Below, piece after piece: positions 52,168 to 63,889 of a stretch of 64,000 nt of DNA; within the stretch, counting starts at the first letter, position 1; the number at the start of each line of letters is the position of its first letter. A program made the position numbers and the translations under genes. Under the pieces are notes generated by a model, which saw nothing but the letters and a program-made list of their open reading frames with translations, was not told the origin of the DNA and ran no database searches. Origin of the DNA: Macrostomum lignano (lineage: Eukaryota); the NCBI GenBank assembly GCA_002269645.1, contig NIVC01002658.1:62001-126000 (forward strand). Direction: 5' to 3'.

Positions 52168-52348
52168 GTTTGTATATAGATACAGGGAACAGTTTATATC
52201 GGCTACTATGGCATCGCAGTGAGCGCGAGCCCCTGTCAGCGGAATCAGAGTGGGAATGTGCTTCCTTGTTGTTGTTGTTGCTGCTGTTGCTTCTGTTGTT
52301 GTTGTTGTTCAGCAAAAACAGCCGATCATGCCGCAATGAATTCCGCAG

Positions 52349-52494
52349 AGACAACCGTGACGGACGCGCTGGTGCTGGGCCTGGCCAACTACCTGCTGAT
52401 TGCGGCCAGCTGCTGCCTGCTCGCCATCTTCACCGCTGCGGCCTCCGTGCTGGCGGTCCGAGAGCACAACAGAAACCACAGGCTGCTCAAATAA
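52349..52494 (+). CDS. CUB protein 1, exon 5 (TM + short basic tail)
   Basis: Acceptor context caatgaattccgcag mirrors the paralog's. Encodes LVLGLANYLLIAASCCLLAIFTAAASVLAV-REHNRNHRLLK*. Total 234 aa. An in-frame upstream acceptor at 52312 is an alternative. Confidence 0.82.
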
Positions 52495-52705
52495 CCAGCC
52501 TAGTAGTTCGAAACTGATGCATACTAATGTTTTTCAATAGCTAAAAAAGAAACATCGTCTGAGAGATATAACAAATAAATTTTTTACAAAAAAATTTCTA
52601 AACAGCAATTACAATTAAAGTGCTTAAGAACTGCCTAACATTGAAAAAGTTGACAGTTTTCTATAGTAGCTAGCTCAGTTTCAGTAACAGTCAAAGTAGG
52701 CAGAT

Positions 52706-52897
52706 GGGTAGATAGATATACAGGTAGGTAGATAGATGGATAGGTGGGTAGATAGATATACAGGTAGGTAGATAGATGGATAGGTGGGTAGATAGATATA
52801 CAGGTAGGTAGATAGGTGGATAGGAGGGTAGATAGATATACAGGTAGGTAGATAGATGGATAGTTGGGTAGATAGATATACAGGTAGGTAGATAGGT
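52706..52897. repeat. 40-bp GATA/GGTA-type minisatellite, ~5 copies
   Basis: GGGTAGATAGATATACAGGTAGGTAGATAGATGGATAGGT period. Confidence 0.85.
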
Positions 52898-54547
52898 GGT
52901 TAAGTAGTTAGGCAGGCTGGTGGGGAGTAGATCTCTCCGATACGCAGAAGTGTACAGGCGCGAACAATTCTGCCTACAAGTGCACAAAAAAAGCATAGTT
53001 ATTGTCAGTTTCAAAAACTCGAGAATCGTTTTAAAAGACTAAGGAGACAAGCTGCATCAGATGCGGTGCACTATCAGCAGCTGGATCATGAAGGCGGCTT
53101 TTTCTGTACTGCCCCCCTTGTCCGCCCATAAATCCCCGGCCAGGCCCCGGCCACCCAGGCCCAGGGCAGTGATGCCTTAACAATGCCCCTAACGCCTCGG
53201 GGGAAACCCAATACGCAATCATCGTGTCAAACATCAACAGCTGTCTCTATCAATCTTTCTCTCGCTTCTGGTGTCCCTAATTCTTGAAAGCCGGGCAGAT
53301 GTGCGGCCTCGGCCCCCCCTCAGGCAGCTGCCAGACTGCCCGATCCCGCTGCAAGGCTGGATGTACTTGCCAAGCCTGCGCACTCAATTAGGGATACCAA
53401 CTGGCATGACGAGTGCACTTTGGCAAGCGGGAAAAGCATTGAGTTGGCAATTGAAGCACTGTTCACGTTTAAAATCAATTATTATAATTGCTTCATTTGG
53501 GTGGCTCAAAATATATCTGTTGTCCCACTAATTCCTAATCTCATCCTCGCTCTCACACTTAATCTCACCCTAATCGCATCCTTTCTCTCGTCTTCACTGT
53601 CACTTTAATCTTAAGCGCCCTCTCGTACTGAATCTCACTTGTGATCTCACCTTCTCTCTCACACTCAATCTCACCCTAATCTCTCTCTCCCTCCCTTTCA
53701 TACTCAATTTCACTTCTAATCTCACTTTCTCCCACTCTATTTCACCCTAATCTCTTCCTGTTACACTTAACCTCACCTCTAATCTCACCTTCCCTCTCAC
53801 ACTCAATCTCACCCCTAATCTCTCCCTCTTATTCTCAAAATCTCACTCGTCAACAGCAGCATCAAACTTCAATTTTAGGCATGCCGCTTGAGTCCAACTT
53901 TTTGGCAGTATAATTTTAACCTTTACTATCTTGGTGACTCTGTGCAGTTTGCTGTACAGCTAGAGACAATCTTCTTCTTTTAAAAGCTTCACGTTGAACA
54001 ATGTACTTCTGAGGCTGCTCTAACTGAAGTGTGACATCTAGGAACTACTATGAATCCTTGATGAAGCATCTTGCGTCTGAAATTGAGTCTACCAGTCAAA
54101 ATCCCAATACAACGCAAAGTTTCTTCCCAACTCAATCCCAACTAAATGTCTTCCCAGTGTGTTTTTCCCGTCTCTTCTATCCGGAGTGCAGCTGGGCGCT
54201 CCATCAAACTATTTCTCTCCTTCAATGAGTGTCCTGAGTTCACTGCCTCCCAGCCCGTCCCCTGCCTGCGTGGCTGGGAGCAGAGAAAAGAAAAGTGAAA
54301 GAGTGGGGGGAGGGGGAGAAGGACATTGCGCATGGGGAAGACAAAGGGGGCTTGTTGCCATGGTAACAAAGGGATTTGAGGCTTGCTGAGTTTAGGGGTG
54401 GGTCTTTCTGCAAAGCTTAGCTCAACATTTTTGCGAGAGCTAGTTAGATGAAGCAGTTTAACTCACGTGAGCGGTTCAGCTTGAGAACCTGACTCTGGAA
54501 GCATCAACTCAGAAGGAACCAGGAGCTGCAAACGCCGAAATTTTATC

Positions 54548-54624
54548 ATGAGAATTTGTTGGATTAATTTCTGCACTTTCTACTGCCTGCTCTGTGTGAC
54601 CTCCATGACCGAAGCGGAAGAATG
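54548..54624 (+). CDS. Single-CUB type-I membrane protein 2, exon 1 (signal peptide; apparent 1-nt frameshift)
   Basis: The frame required by the phase-1 donor GTAAGT (54625) reads FVGLISALFYCLLCVTSMTEAEE, but the ATG at 54548 is 1 nt out of frame. Confidence 0.55.
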
Positions 54625-54728
54625 TAAGTTCAGCTGTTTTGGGACTTTGCCATTGAACAGAGGCGTTGTATACTATGAGTAATCAGCACTGACCAGCCCC
54701 TGCTCATGTACTCACCTTGCGCCCACAG

Positions 54729-54864
54729 GTGAATACACCTCTAACGCCAGGGATCCATGCGATGAAACTGCGAACAGGGGCAGCTGCGCGGACTACTTCC
54801 AGTTGTATGCAACCGCGGCTGATCAGATCATTTCCAGCCCCAAATATCCGGGATACTATCCCAA
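54729..54864 (+). CDS. CUB protein 2, exon 2
   Basis: Same 136-nt length as the paralog exon; CEYTSNARDPCDETANRGSCADYF...ISSPKYPGYY. Confidence 0.87.
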
Positions 54865-55013
54865 GTGAGTCTGAGTCTGCATGTACTTTTTGGCGGGGCT
54901 ACCATGCTATGCAATGCTCTTATTTCTCGAGAAGGCTTAGATGACTTTGTTGCTCCGGTATTCCTATTATTAAAATGCTAATATTGATCACTTTAAAACC
55001 TCAACCGCTACAG

Positions 55014-55168
55014 CAACATCGTCTGCCGCTGGGTCCTGTCGGCCTGCAACTGCGGCGACCCTTCCAATCCGATTCCCAACGTGGACTATCGTGTGGAGTT
55101 CGAGGTGCTGGACTATGACTTGCAGGACAGTCCGTCTTGCACCAAGGATTTCTTGGAAATTAAGGACG
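55014..55168 (+). CDS. CUB protein 2, exon 3
   Basis: NIVCRWVLSACNC...YRVEFEVLDYDLQDSPSCTKDFLEIKD; donor GTGAGC. Confidence 0.9.
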
Positions 55169-55249
55169 GTGAGCGGTAGAAACACCGGAAGGGTGTGAGA
55201 AACCAGGAGTGTGGTTGCCTTGATGCAAGGACAACTGACCTAGGAGTGC

Positions 55250-55858
55250 TCAATGAAGGACCAAAAGGAGTGCTTGCTGAAGGACCAAAAGGAGTGCTTG
55301 TTGAAGGATCAAAAGGAGTGCTTGCTGAAGGACCAAGGAGTGCTTGCTGAAGGATCAAAAGAGTGCTTGCTGAAGGACAAAAGGAGTGCCCTCTATTAAA
55401 CCAGGAGTGCCTGCTGAAGGACCAGATGGAGTGCTTGTTGAAGGACCAGAAGGAGTGCTTGTTGAAGGACCAGAAGGAGTGCTTGTTGGAGGACCAGAAG
55501 GAGTGCCCTCTATTAAACCAGGAGTGCCTGCTGAAGGACCAGATGAAGTGTCTGCTGAAGGACCAGAAGGAGTGCTTGTTGAAGGACCAGAAGGAGTGCC
55601 TGCTGAAGGACCAGAAGGAGTGCCTGCTGAAGGACCAGAAGGAGTGCCTGCTGAAGGACCAGAAGGAGTGCTTGTTGAAGGACCAGAAGGAGTGCTTGTT
55701 GAAGGACCAGAAGGAGTGCTTGTTGAAGGACCAAAAGGAGTGCCCTCTATAAAACCAGGAGTGCCTGCTGAAGGACCAGATGAAGTGTCTGCTGAAGGAC
55801 CAGAAGGAGTGCTTGTTGAAGGACCAGAAGGAGTTCCCTCCCTCTGAAGGACCAAGAG
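55250..55858. repeat. 24-bp minisatellite (GAAGGACCAGAAGGAGTGC(C/T)TG(C/T)T) in CUB2 intron 3
   Basis: About 24 copies with a periodic variant unit. Confidence 0.92.
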
Positions 55859-56013
55859 TGCTCACCGAATGATTATGATAATCATAGGAGCAAAAAATCA
55901 TTTGTAACATGATAAGTTCAGTATTTTGGGCAGAGGCCTATAAAGCACCGGAATCAATAGAAATTTATGTTGTGTTCTTCTCGAGTGCAGTTTCTCGAAC
56001 CAAATTTGCCCAG

Positions 56014-56196
56014 GAAAGCGCCTGTGGGACCACCGATATGCTCAGAAGTGCGGCAATAAATGCGCTAGCGGAGAAAAGAATACTACTATCAGCACTAGAA
56101 AACACCTGCTAGTCAGCTTCCAGACTGACGTGTTCGACCCTCTGGACCCCACACCGCACCGCGGCTTCAGCGCTCGCTTCCGTTGCGTTGCAGTTC
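56014..56196 (+). CDS. CUB protein 2, exon 4
   Basis: GKRLWDHRYAQKCGNKC...LLVSFQTD...HRGFSARFRC; donor GTGAGT. Confidence 0.9.
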
Positions 56197-56249
56197 GTGA
56201 GTTTCTCCCCCTGTGTTTCTCCCCCATCTGGTCAGGTGTCCTCTCTACA

Positions 56250-56705
56250 ATTCCCTCCACAACCCCATCAATAACCCTCTTCCACAACCCCCATCCACAA
56301 CCCCTCAACAAATATCTTCCACAACCCCCATCCACAACCCCCTCAACAAATATCTTCCACAACCCCCATCCACAACCCCCTCAACAAATATCTTCCACAA
56401 CCCCCATCCACAACCCCTCAACAAATATCTTCCACAACCCTTCCGCAACCCCTCCGCAACTCCTCCGCAATCCCTTCGCAACCCCTTCGCAACCCCTTCG
56501 CAACCCCTCCGCAACCCCCTACAAACCCCTCCGCAACCTCTCCACAACCCCACCGCAACCCCCTACAAACCCCTTCGCAACCCCCCTCCACAACCCCCTC
56601 AACAACCCCCTCCACAACCCCCTCAACAACCCCCTCCACAATCTTTCCGCAACCCCCTCAACAACCCCCTCCACAATCCCTCCGCAACCCCTCCGCAACC
56701 GCCTC
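56250..56705. repeat. C/A-rich low-complexity repeats in CUB2 intron 4
   Basis: CCACAACCCC / CCGCAACCCC units. Confidence 0.85.
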
Positions 56706-56722
56706 CGACAATGACTCCGCAG

Positions 56723-56880
56723 CCGTACCGCAGAGCGACAGTCTGGTGCTGGGCCCGGCCAACTACCTACTGATAGCCATCAGCATCCTGCTGGCCTTTC
56801 TGTTCGGTGGGGCGGCCGTGCTGCTGTTTTTCCGCGAGAAGCGCCGCAATGAGCGGCTTGGCAACAAACAGCTGTTGTGA
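56723..56880 (+). CDS. CUB protein 2, exon 5 (TM + basic tail)
   Basis: DSLVLGPANYLLIAISILLAFLFGGAAVLLFF-REKRRNERLGNKQLL*. Confidence 0.87.
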
Positions 56881-57729
56881 GCTTTGGCAATCAGTAGCGA
56901 ATCTTGGAAGAGATTGCTGAAAGTGATAATGTCATGTCACTTCACATGTCATGTCACAGGCCGTAGTTACAAGATTAATTTCAACGTATATGTAGCATAT
57001 TGTATGATAACTTTATTATTTTGCTCATTTTCTATTAGTAATTTTTGTTGGCGAATTTCCCTTGAATTTTTTCATTCAAATTTCGTCACCTTCAACCAGG
57101 ATCGAGTTTTAAATATGCCTACTGGCCAAGATAAATCGGTCTAAATGATTGTTTGTTTTTATGTATATATCGCAGCACGCAGCTTGAATGGATATATTTA
57201 TTTAGGTCCTAAATTGAAGAAAACAAAAGCTAATGAATGCCAGAGTACGGGCAGGGCTGTACAGTGGAACTCAAGCATGGAATATGGCCGCGACCGCGCG
57301 CTCAGCAGCACGGTGTATGAAATGAACTGTAGAGTAGACAGTGGCTGTAACAGTGAAGGCAGTTTTTAAATAAAATACACAGATAGCCCAATTTTACTAT
57401 TGAAGTAATAGGGGAAAAAGTGAATTGATTACAAAATAGTATAACAAAACTCAAAGATATAAACGTCACGGTATAAAGATAGGAACTTCAAGGCGCTCAT
57501 TCATAGTGCAATAAATAATACATGTAAACTGTTATGCGCATTGAAATAGGGTCATTTTTACCTTCACTTTCTAGCTATGCCAGGCCAAGACCTGCACTGG
57601 CCATTTTTATATAATAGTCTTTGTGTTTGATTCAGCAATCGTACTTTGTACTCTTTGTATGAGTATTTCTACTCTGTGCAAATCCGTGCTGTAGAAACGG
57701 ATAAGGGTAAAGAGACCAGCTGAAGAGAG

Positions 57730-59125
57730 TGTAGCCCAAGGAGGGTGTAGCCCAAGGAGGGTGTAGACCGAAGAGGGTGTAGACTGAGGAGGATGTAGAC
57801 CGAGGAGGGTGTAGACCGAGGAGGGTGTAGACCGAGGAGGGTGTAGACCGAGGAGGATGTAGACCGAGGAGGGTGTAGACTGAGGAGGGTGTAGACCGAG
57901 GAGGGTGTAGACCGAGGAGGGTGTAGACCGAGGAGGGTGTAGACCGAGGAGGGTGTAGACCGAGGAGGGTGTAGACTGAGGAGGGTGTAGACCGAGGAGG
58001 GTGTAGACCGAGGAGGGTGTAGACCGAGGAGGGTGTAGACCAAGAAGGGTGTAGGCCGAGGAGGGTGTAGACCGAGGAGGGTGTAGACCGAGGAGGGTGT
58101 AGACCGAGGAGGGTGTAGACCGAGGAGGGTGTAGACCGAGGAGGGTGTAGACCGAGGAGGGTGTAGACCAAGAAGGGTGTAGGCCGAGGAGGGTGTAGAC
58201 CGAGGAGGATGTAGACCGAGGAGGGTGTAGACCGAGGAGGGTGTAGACCGAGGAGGGTGTAGACCGAGGAGGATGTAGACCGAGGAGGGTGTAGACTGAG
58301 GAGGGTGTAGACCGAGGAGGGTGTAGTCCGAGGAGGGTGTAGACCGAGGAGGATGTAGACCGAGGAGGGTGTAGACTGAGGAGGGTGTAGACCGAGGAGG
58401 GTGTAGACTGAGGAGGGTGTAGACCAAGAAGGGTGTAGGCCGAAGAGGGTGTAGACTGAGGAGGATGTAGACCGAGGAGGGTGTAGACCGAGGAGGGTGT
58501 AGACCGAGGAGGGTGTAGACCGAGGAGGGTGTAGACCGAGGAGGGTGTAGTCCGAGGAGGGTGTAGACTGAGGAGGGTGTAGACCGAGGAGGGTGTAGTC
58601 CAAGAAGGGTGTAGACCAAGAAGGGTGTAGGCCGAGGAGGGTGTAGTCCAAGAAGGGTGTAGACCAAGAAGGGTGTAGGCCGAGGAGGGTGTAGACCGAG
58701 GAGGGTGTAGACCGAGGAGGGTGTAGACTGAGGAGGGTGTAGACCGAGGAGGGTGTAGACCAAGAAGGGTGTAGGCCGAGGAGGGTGTAGACCGAGGAGG
58801 GTGTAGACCGAGGAGGGTGTAGACCGAGGAGGGTGTAGACCGAGGAGGGTGTAGACTGAGGAGGGTGTAGACTGAGGAGGGTGTAGACCGAGGAGGGTGT
58901 AGACTGAGGAGGGTGTAGACCGAGGAGGGTGTAGACCAAGAAGGGTGTAGGCCGAGGAGGGTGTAGACCGAGGAGGGTGTCGACCGAGGAGGGTGTAGAC
59001 CGAGGAGGGTGTAGACCGAGGAGGGTGTAGACCGAGGAGGGTGTAGACTGAGGAGGGTGTAGACCGAGGAGGGTGTAGACCGAGGAGGGTGTAGGCCGAG
59101 GAGGGTGTAGACCGAGGTGGAGGGT
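57730..59125. repeat. 16-bp satellite (GTAGACCGAGGAGGGT), ~85 copies
   Basis: 16-bp period; source of the 554-aa minus-strand ORF. Confidence 0.96.
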
Positions 59126-59285
59126 ATAGGCCAGACGGTCGAGTCTTCTCTGAAAAGACGCGCTAGTCACAGCTAACAATCGGAAAATTGACTCAATCAA
59201 AAGTCGTCCGTAAGGCAGGGGAAGAGGCGAATTCCGCTGGTTAATCCGTGGAAATTCCGCGGGAAAGCCTTCGCGCTCGGACCCC

Positions 59286-59418
59286 CTACCGGCCAATCAG
59301 GTACTTGCAGACGAAGCGAACCACGGCCTCAGCCGGCTGGTGCTCTTCGATCTCGCACAGGATGACCGCCGTGTTCTCTTGGCTGTTCGTGTTCTTCCGG
59401 GCTACGAAGCCGAACAGC
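59286..59418 (-). CDS. TNS: Tensin-family protein, last exon (PTB C-term)
   Basis: Acceptor cctattcag; KLFGFVARK...ENTAVILCEIEEHQPAEAVVRFVCKYLIGR*. Confidence 0.9.
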
Positions 59419-59521
59419 CTGAATAGGAGGTCGGTGGTTCGATTACTGCTTATTTGTAAGCATTCGTGGATCCTTTAAAAATGAAATCCTCTAGAACAGT
59501 AATTTAGTATTTTTAACTTAC

Positions 59522-59566
59522 TTTGGATGAGCCAGTCCTCTTGCTCTGGACTCTTCGGATTCAAAG
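59522..59566 (-). CDS. TNS: Tensin, 45-nt exon within PTB
   Basis: Acceptor tcatttcag, donor GTAAGT; frame-preserving; SFESEESRARGLAHPK fills the gap before LFGFVARK. Confidence 0.78.
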
Positions 59567-59646
59567 CTGAAATGAGCACGCGGTTGCCATGATAGTTAAT
59601 CATCCCCAGTGAGTTAGTAGGCTTAAATCTACCCTGATGCACTGAC

Positions 59647-59884
59647 CTGCGGCCGCCCGGCACCATGCCGCTGTACAGCACGCAGGCAGTCGGGTAGTGC
59701 TTCCGGAAGAACTGCCGCCTAGCGTGGTCGGTCAGGCTGATCCCGTCGCGGGCAACCTTTAGCTGGCAGACGCAGGTGCGCAGCCGCTCTCGATGGCGCA
59801 GAAGTGCATCCGCGCCGCGGGACAGGCCGCCGGATCCGGTGAGAGACTCGATGTCCACCGCGCCGATGTACAGCACGCTGCATG
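59647..59884 (-). CDS. TNS: Tensin, PTB exon
   Basis: [17 protein letters not shown]...[24 protein letters not shown] (tensin PTB). Confidence 0.92.
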
Positions 59885-59914
59885 CTGGCAGGCGGTTCGG
59901 TGGGTTGGGGTGCG

Positions 59915-60305
59915 AAATGAGTATAGTCCAGGATGTGGAATGAGTTTAGGATGTGGAATGAGTCCAGGATGTGGAATGAGTCCAGGATCTGGGATGAGTC
60001 CAGGATCTGGGATGAGTCCAGGATCTGGGATGAGTCCAGGATCTGGGATGAGTCCAGGATCTGGGATGAGTCCAGGATCTGGGATGAGTGCAGGATCTGG
60101 GATGAGTGCAGGATCTGGAATGAGTCCAGGATCTGGGATGAGTCCAGGATCTGGAATGAGTCTAGGATGTGGAATGAGCTTAGGATCTGGAATGAGCTTA
60201 GGATCTGGAATGAGTCCAGGATCTGGAATGAGTCCAGGATCTGGGATGAGTCCAGGATCTGGGATGAGTCCAGGATCTGGGATGAGTCCAGGATCTGGAA
60301 TGAGT
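59915..60305. repeat. 18-bp minisatellite (TGAGTCCAGGATCTGG(G/A)A) in tensin intron
   Basis: About 21 copies. Confidence 0.93.
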
Positions 60306-60366
60306 CGGAATCTGAATTTCAAGCTGACTGGGGGATTGAGCAGGACTCATAACTGATTGAACCAAC

Positions 60367-60741
60367 CTGCTCCGTGCTCTAGGATGGCCCGGGGATCCAG
60401 GCTAGTATCCGCCGAATCAAGCGCATCACTCTGAGCGTCTGTCGGCGGCAGTTCCAGGCGACAGGGCAGCGCCAGCGGCATCACCGTGTGCTGGTAGATC
60501 AGGGCGGCTAGGGAGGCGAACACGGGCTCGTTGGCGCAGCCGCGGATGCGGACGCCTCGACTGGTCTGTTCGATGAGGAAGTGCCGCACCAGCTCGTCGG
60601 CGGCTGAGTTGGCGTCATCGGCCGGTGGGGCTCCCGGAGGCACCTCCGCCACTTTGACAGCGAGGCCGTAGGCGCCGGCGAAGCTGGTGCTGTCGCGGAC
60701 CACGAAACGACCCGGTGGCAGCGGCCTCAGGATGGCGATGG
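60367..60741 (-). CDS. TNS: Tensin, SH2 exon
   Basis: AIAIL...GRFVVRDSTSFAGAYGLAVKV...ELVRHFLIE...GVRIRGCANEPVFASLAALIYQHTVMPLALPC (tensin SH2). Confidence 0.93.
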
Positions 60742-60806
60742 CTATCGGCAAAGAGTGGAATGGAGAAGGATTGGAGTGAGGGTCTGAGCTCAATATATTG
60801 CCCTGG

Positions 60807-63782
60807 AAGCTTAATACATCGCTATGGAGCTTAATGTACTGCGTTTGAAGCTTAATACATCGCTATGGAGCTTAATGTACTGCGTTTGAAGCTTAATACA
60901 TCGCTATGGAGCTTAATGTACTGCGTTTGAAGCTTAATACATCGCGATGGAGCTTAATGTACTGCGTTTGAAGCTTAATACATCGCTATGGAGCTTAATG
61001 TACTGCGTTTGAAGCTTAATACATCGCGATGGAGCTTAATGCACTGCGTTTGAAGCTTAATACATCGCGATGGAGCTTAATGTACTGCGTTTGAAGCTTA
61101 ATACATCGCGATGGAGCTTAATGTACTGCGTTTGAAGCTTAATACATCGCGATGGAGCTTAATGTACTGCGTTTGAAGCTTAATACATCGCTATGGAGCT
61201 TAATGTACTGCGTTTGAAGCTTAATACATCGCGATGGAGCTTAATGTACTGCGTTTGAAGCTTAATACATCGCATTGGAGCTTAATGTACTGCGTTTGAA
61301 GCTTAATACATCGCTATGGAGCTTAATGTACTGCGTTTGAAGCTTAATACATCGCGATGGAGCTTAATGTACTGCGTTTGAAGCTTAATACATCGCGATG
61401 GAGCTTAATGTACTGCGTTTGAAGCTTAATACATCGCTATGGAGCTTAATGTACTGCGTTTGAAGCTTAATACATCGCGATGGAGCTTAATGTACTGCGT
61501 TTGAAGCTTAATACATCGCGATGGAGCTTAATGTACTGCGTTTGAAGCTTAATACATCGCTATGGAGCTTAATGTACTGCGTTTGAAGCTTAATACATCG
61601 CGATGGAGCTTAATGTACTGCGTTTGAAGCTTAATACATCGCTATGGAGCTTAATGTACTGCGTTTGAAGCTTAATACATCGCGATGGAGCTTAATGTAC
61701 TGCGTTTGAAGCTTAATACATCGCTATGGAGCTTAATGTACTGCGTTTGAAGCTTAATACATCGCTATGGAGCTTAATGTACTGCGTTTGAAGCTTAATA
61801 CATCGCGATGGAGCTTAATGTACTGCGTTTGAAGCTTAATACATCGCGATGGAGCTTAATGTACTGCGTTTGAAGCTTAATACATCGCGATGGAGCTTAA
61901 TGTACTGCGTTTGAAGCTTAATACATCGCTATGGAGCTTAATGTACTGCGTTTGAAGCTTAATACATCGCGATGGAGCTTAATGTACTGCGTTTGAAGCT
62001 TAATACATCGCTATGGAGCTTAATGTACTGCGTTTGAAGCTTAATACATCGCGATGGAGCTTAATGTACTGCGTTTGAAGCTTAATACATCGCTATGGAG
62101 CTTAATGTACTGCGTTTGAAGCTTAATACATCGCTATGGAGCTTAATGTACTGCGTTTGAAGCTTAATACATCGCGATGGAGCTTAATGTACTGCGTTTG
62201 AAGCTTAATACATCGCGATGGAGCTTAATGTACTGCGTTTGAAGCTTAATACATCGCGATGGAGCTTAATGTACTGCGTTTGAAGCTTAATACATCGCTA
62301 TGGAGCTTAATGTACTGCGTTTGAAGCTTAATACATCGCGATGGAGCTTAATGTACTGCGTTTGAAGCTTAATACATCGCTATGGAGCTTAATGTACTGC
62401 GTTTGAAGCTTAATACATCGCGATGGAGCTTAATGTACTGCGTTTGAAGCTTAATACATCGCTATGGAGCTTAATGTACTGCGTTTGAAGCTTAATACAT
62501 CGCTATGGAGCTTAATGTACTGCGTTTGAAGCTTAATACATCGCGATGGAGCTTAATGTACTGCGTTTGAAGCTTAATACATCGCGATGGAGCTTAATGT
62601 ACTGCGTTTGAAGCTTAATACATCGCTATGGAGCTTAATGTACTGCGTTTGAAGCTTAATACATCGCGATGGAGCTTAATGTACTGCGTTTGAAGCTTAA
62701 TACATCGCTATGGAGCTTAATGTACTGCGTTTGAAGCTTAATACATCGCGATGGAGCTTAATGTACTGCGTTTGAAGCTTAATACATCGCGATGGAGCTT
62801 AATGTACTGCGTTTGAAGCTTAATACATCGCTATGGAGCTTAATGTACTGCGTTTGAAGCTTAATACATCGCGATGGAGCTTAATGTACTGCGTTTGAAG
62901 CTTAATACATCGCTATGGAGCTTAATGTACTGCGTTTGAAGCTTAATACATCGCGATGGAGCTTAATGTACTGCGTTTGAAGCTTAATACATCGCTATGG
63001 AGCTTAATGTACTGCGTTTGAAGCTTAATACATCGCTATGGAGCTTAATGTACTGCGTTTGAAGCTTAATACATCGCGATGGAGCTTAATGTACTGCGTT
63101 TGAAGCTTAATACATCGCGATGGAGCTTAATGTACTGCGTTTGAAGCTTAATACATCGCGATGGAGCTTAATGTACTGCGTTTGAAGCTTAATACATCGC
63201 TATGGAGCTTAATGTACTGCGTTTGAAGCTTAATACATCGCGATGGAGCTTAATGTACTGCGTTTGAAGCTTAATACATCGCTATGGAGCTTAATGTACT
63301 GCGTTTGAAGCTTAATACATCGCGATGGAGCTTAATGTACTGCGTTTGAAGCTTAATACATCGCTATGGAGCTTAATGTACTGCGTTTGAAGCTTAATAC
63401 ATCGCTATGGAGCTTAATGTACTGCGTTTGAAGCTTAATACATCGCGATGGAGCTTAATGTACTGCGTTTGAAGCTTAATACATCGCGATGGAGCTTAAT
63501 GTACTGCGTTTGAAGCTTAATACATCGCTATGGAGCTTAATGTACTGCGTTTGAAGCTTAATACATCGCGATGGAGCTTAATGTACTGCGTTTGAAGCTT
63601 AATACATCGCTATGGAGCTTAATGTACTGCGTTTGAAGCTTAATACATCGCGATGGAGCTTAATGTACTGCGTTTGAAGCTTAATACATCGCGATGGAGC
63701 TTAATGTACTGCGTTTGAAGCTTAATACATCGCGATGGAGCTTAATGTACTGCGTTTGAAGCTTAATACATCGCGATGGAGC
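60807..63782. repeat. 41-bp satellite (GAAGCTTAATACATCGC(T/G)ATGGAGCTTAATGTACTGCGTTT), ~73 copies, filling a tensin intron
   Basis: Near-invariant except one T/G site. Confidence 0.98.
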
Positions 63783-63889
63783 CTAGTTTCGAGGGACACT
63801 AGTGGTGAATTCTACTGTTTCTGTATTCAGTGCAGTTTGCCATGCAAATTTTACGCAGTTGCATGAAAATTCAAGCTGAGAAGCCGTAC

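Noticed and set aside
55355-55855. Collagen- or mucin-like PAEGPEGV / GPSTSTPS ORFs
   Set aside because: They lie in the 24-bp array inside CUB2 intron 3, bounded by good splice sites of the flanking exons.
57632-59296. 554-aa and 364-aa minus-strand ORFs
   Set aside because: Stop-free reading of a 16-bp satellite (period not a multiple of 3); no domain content.
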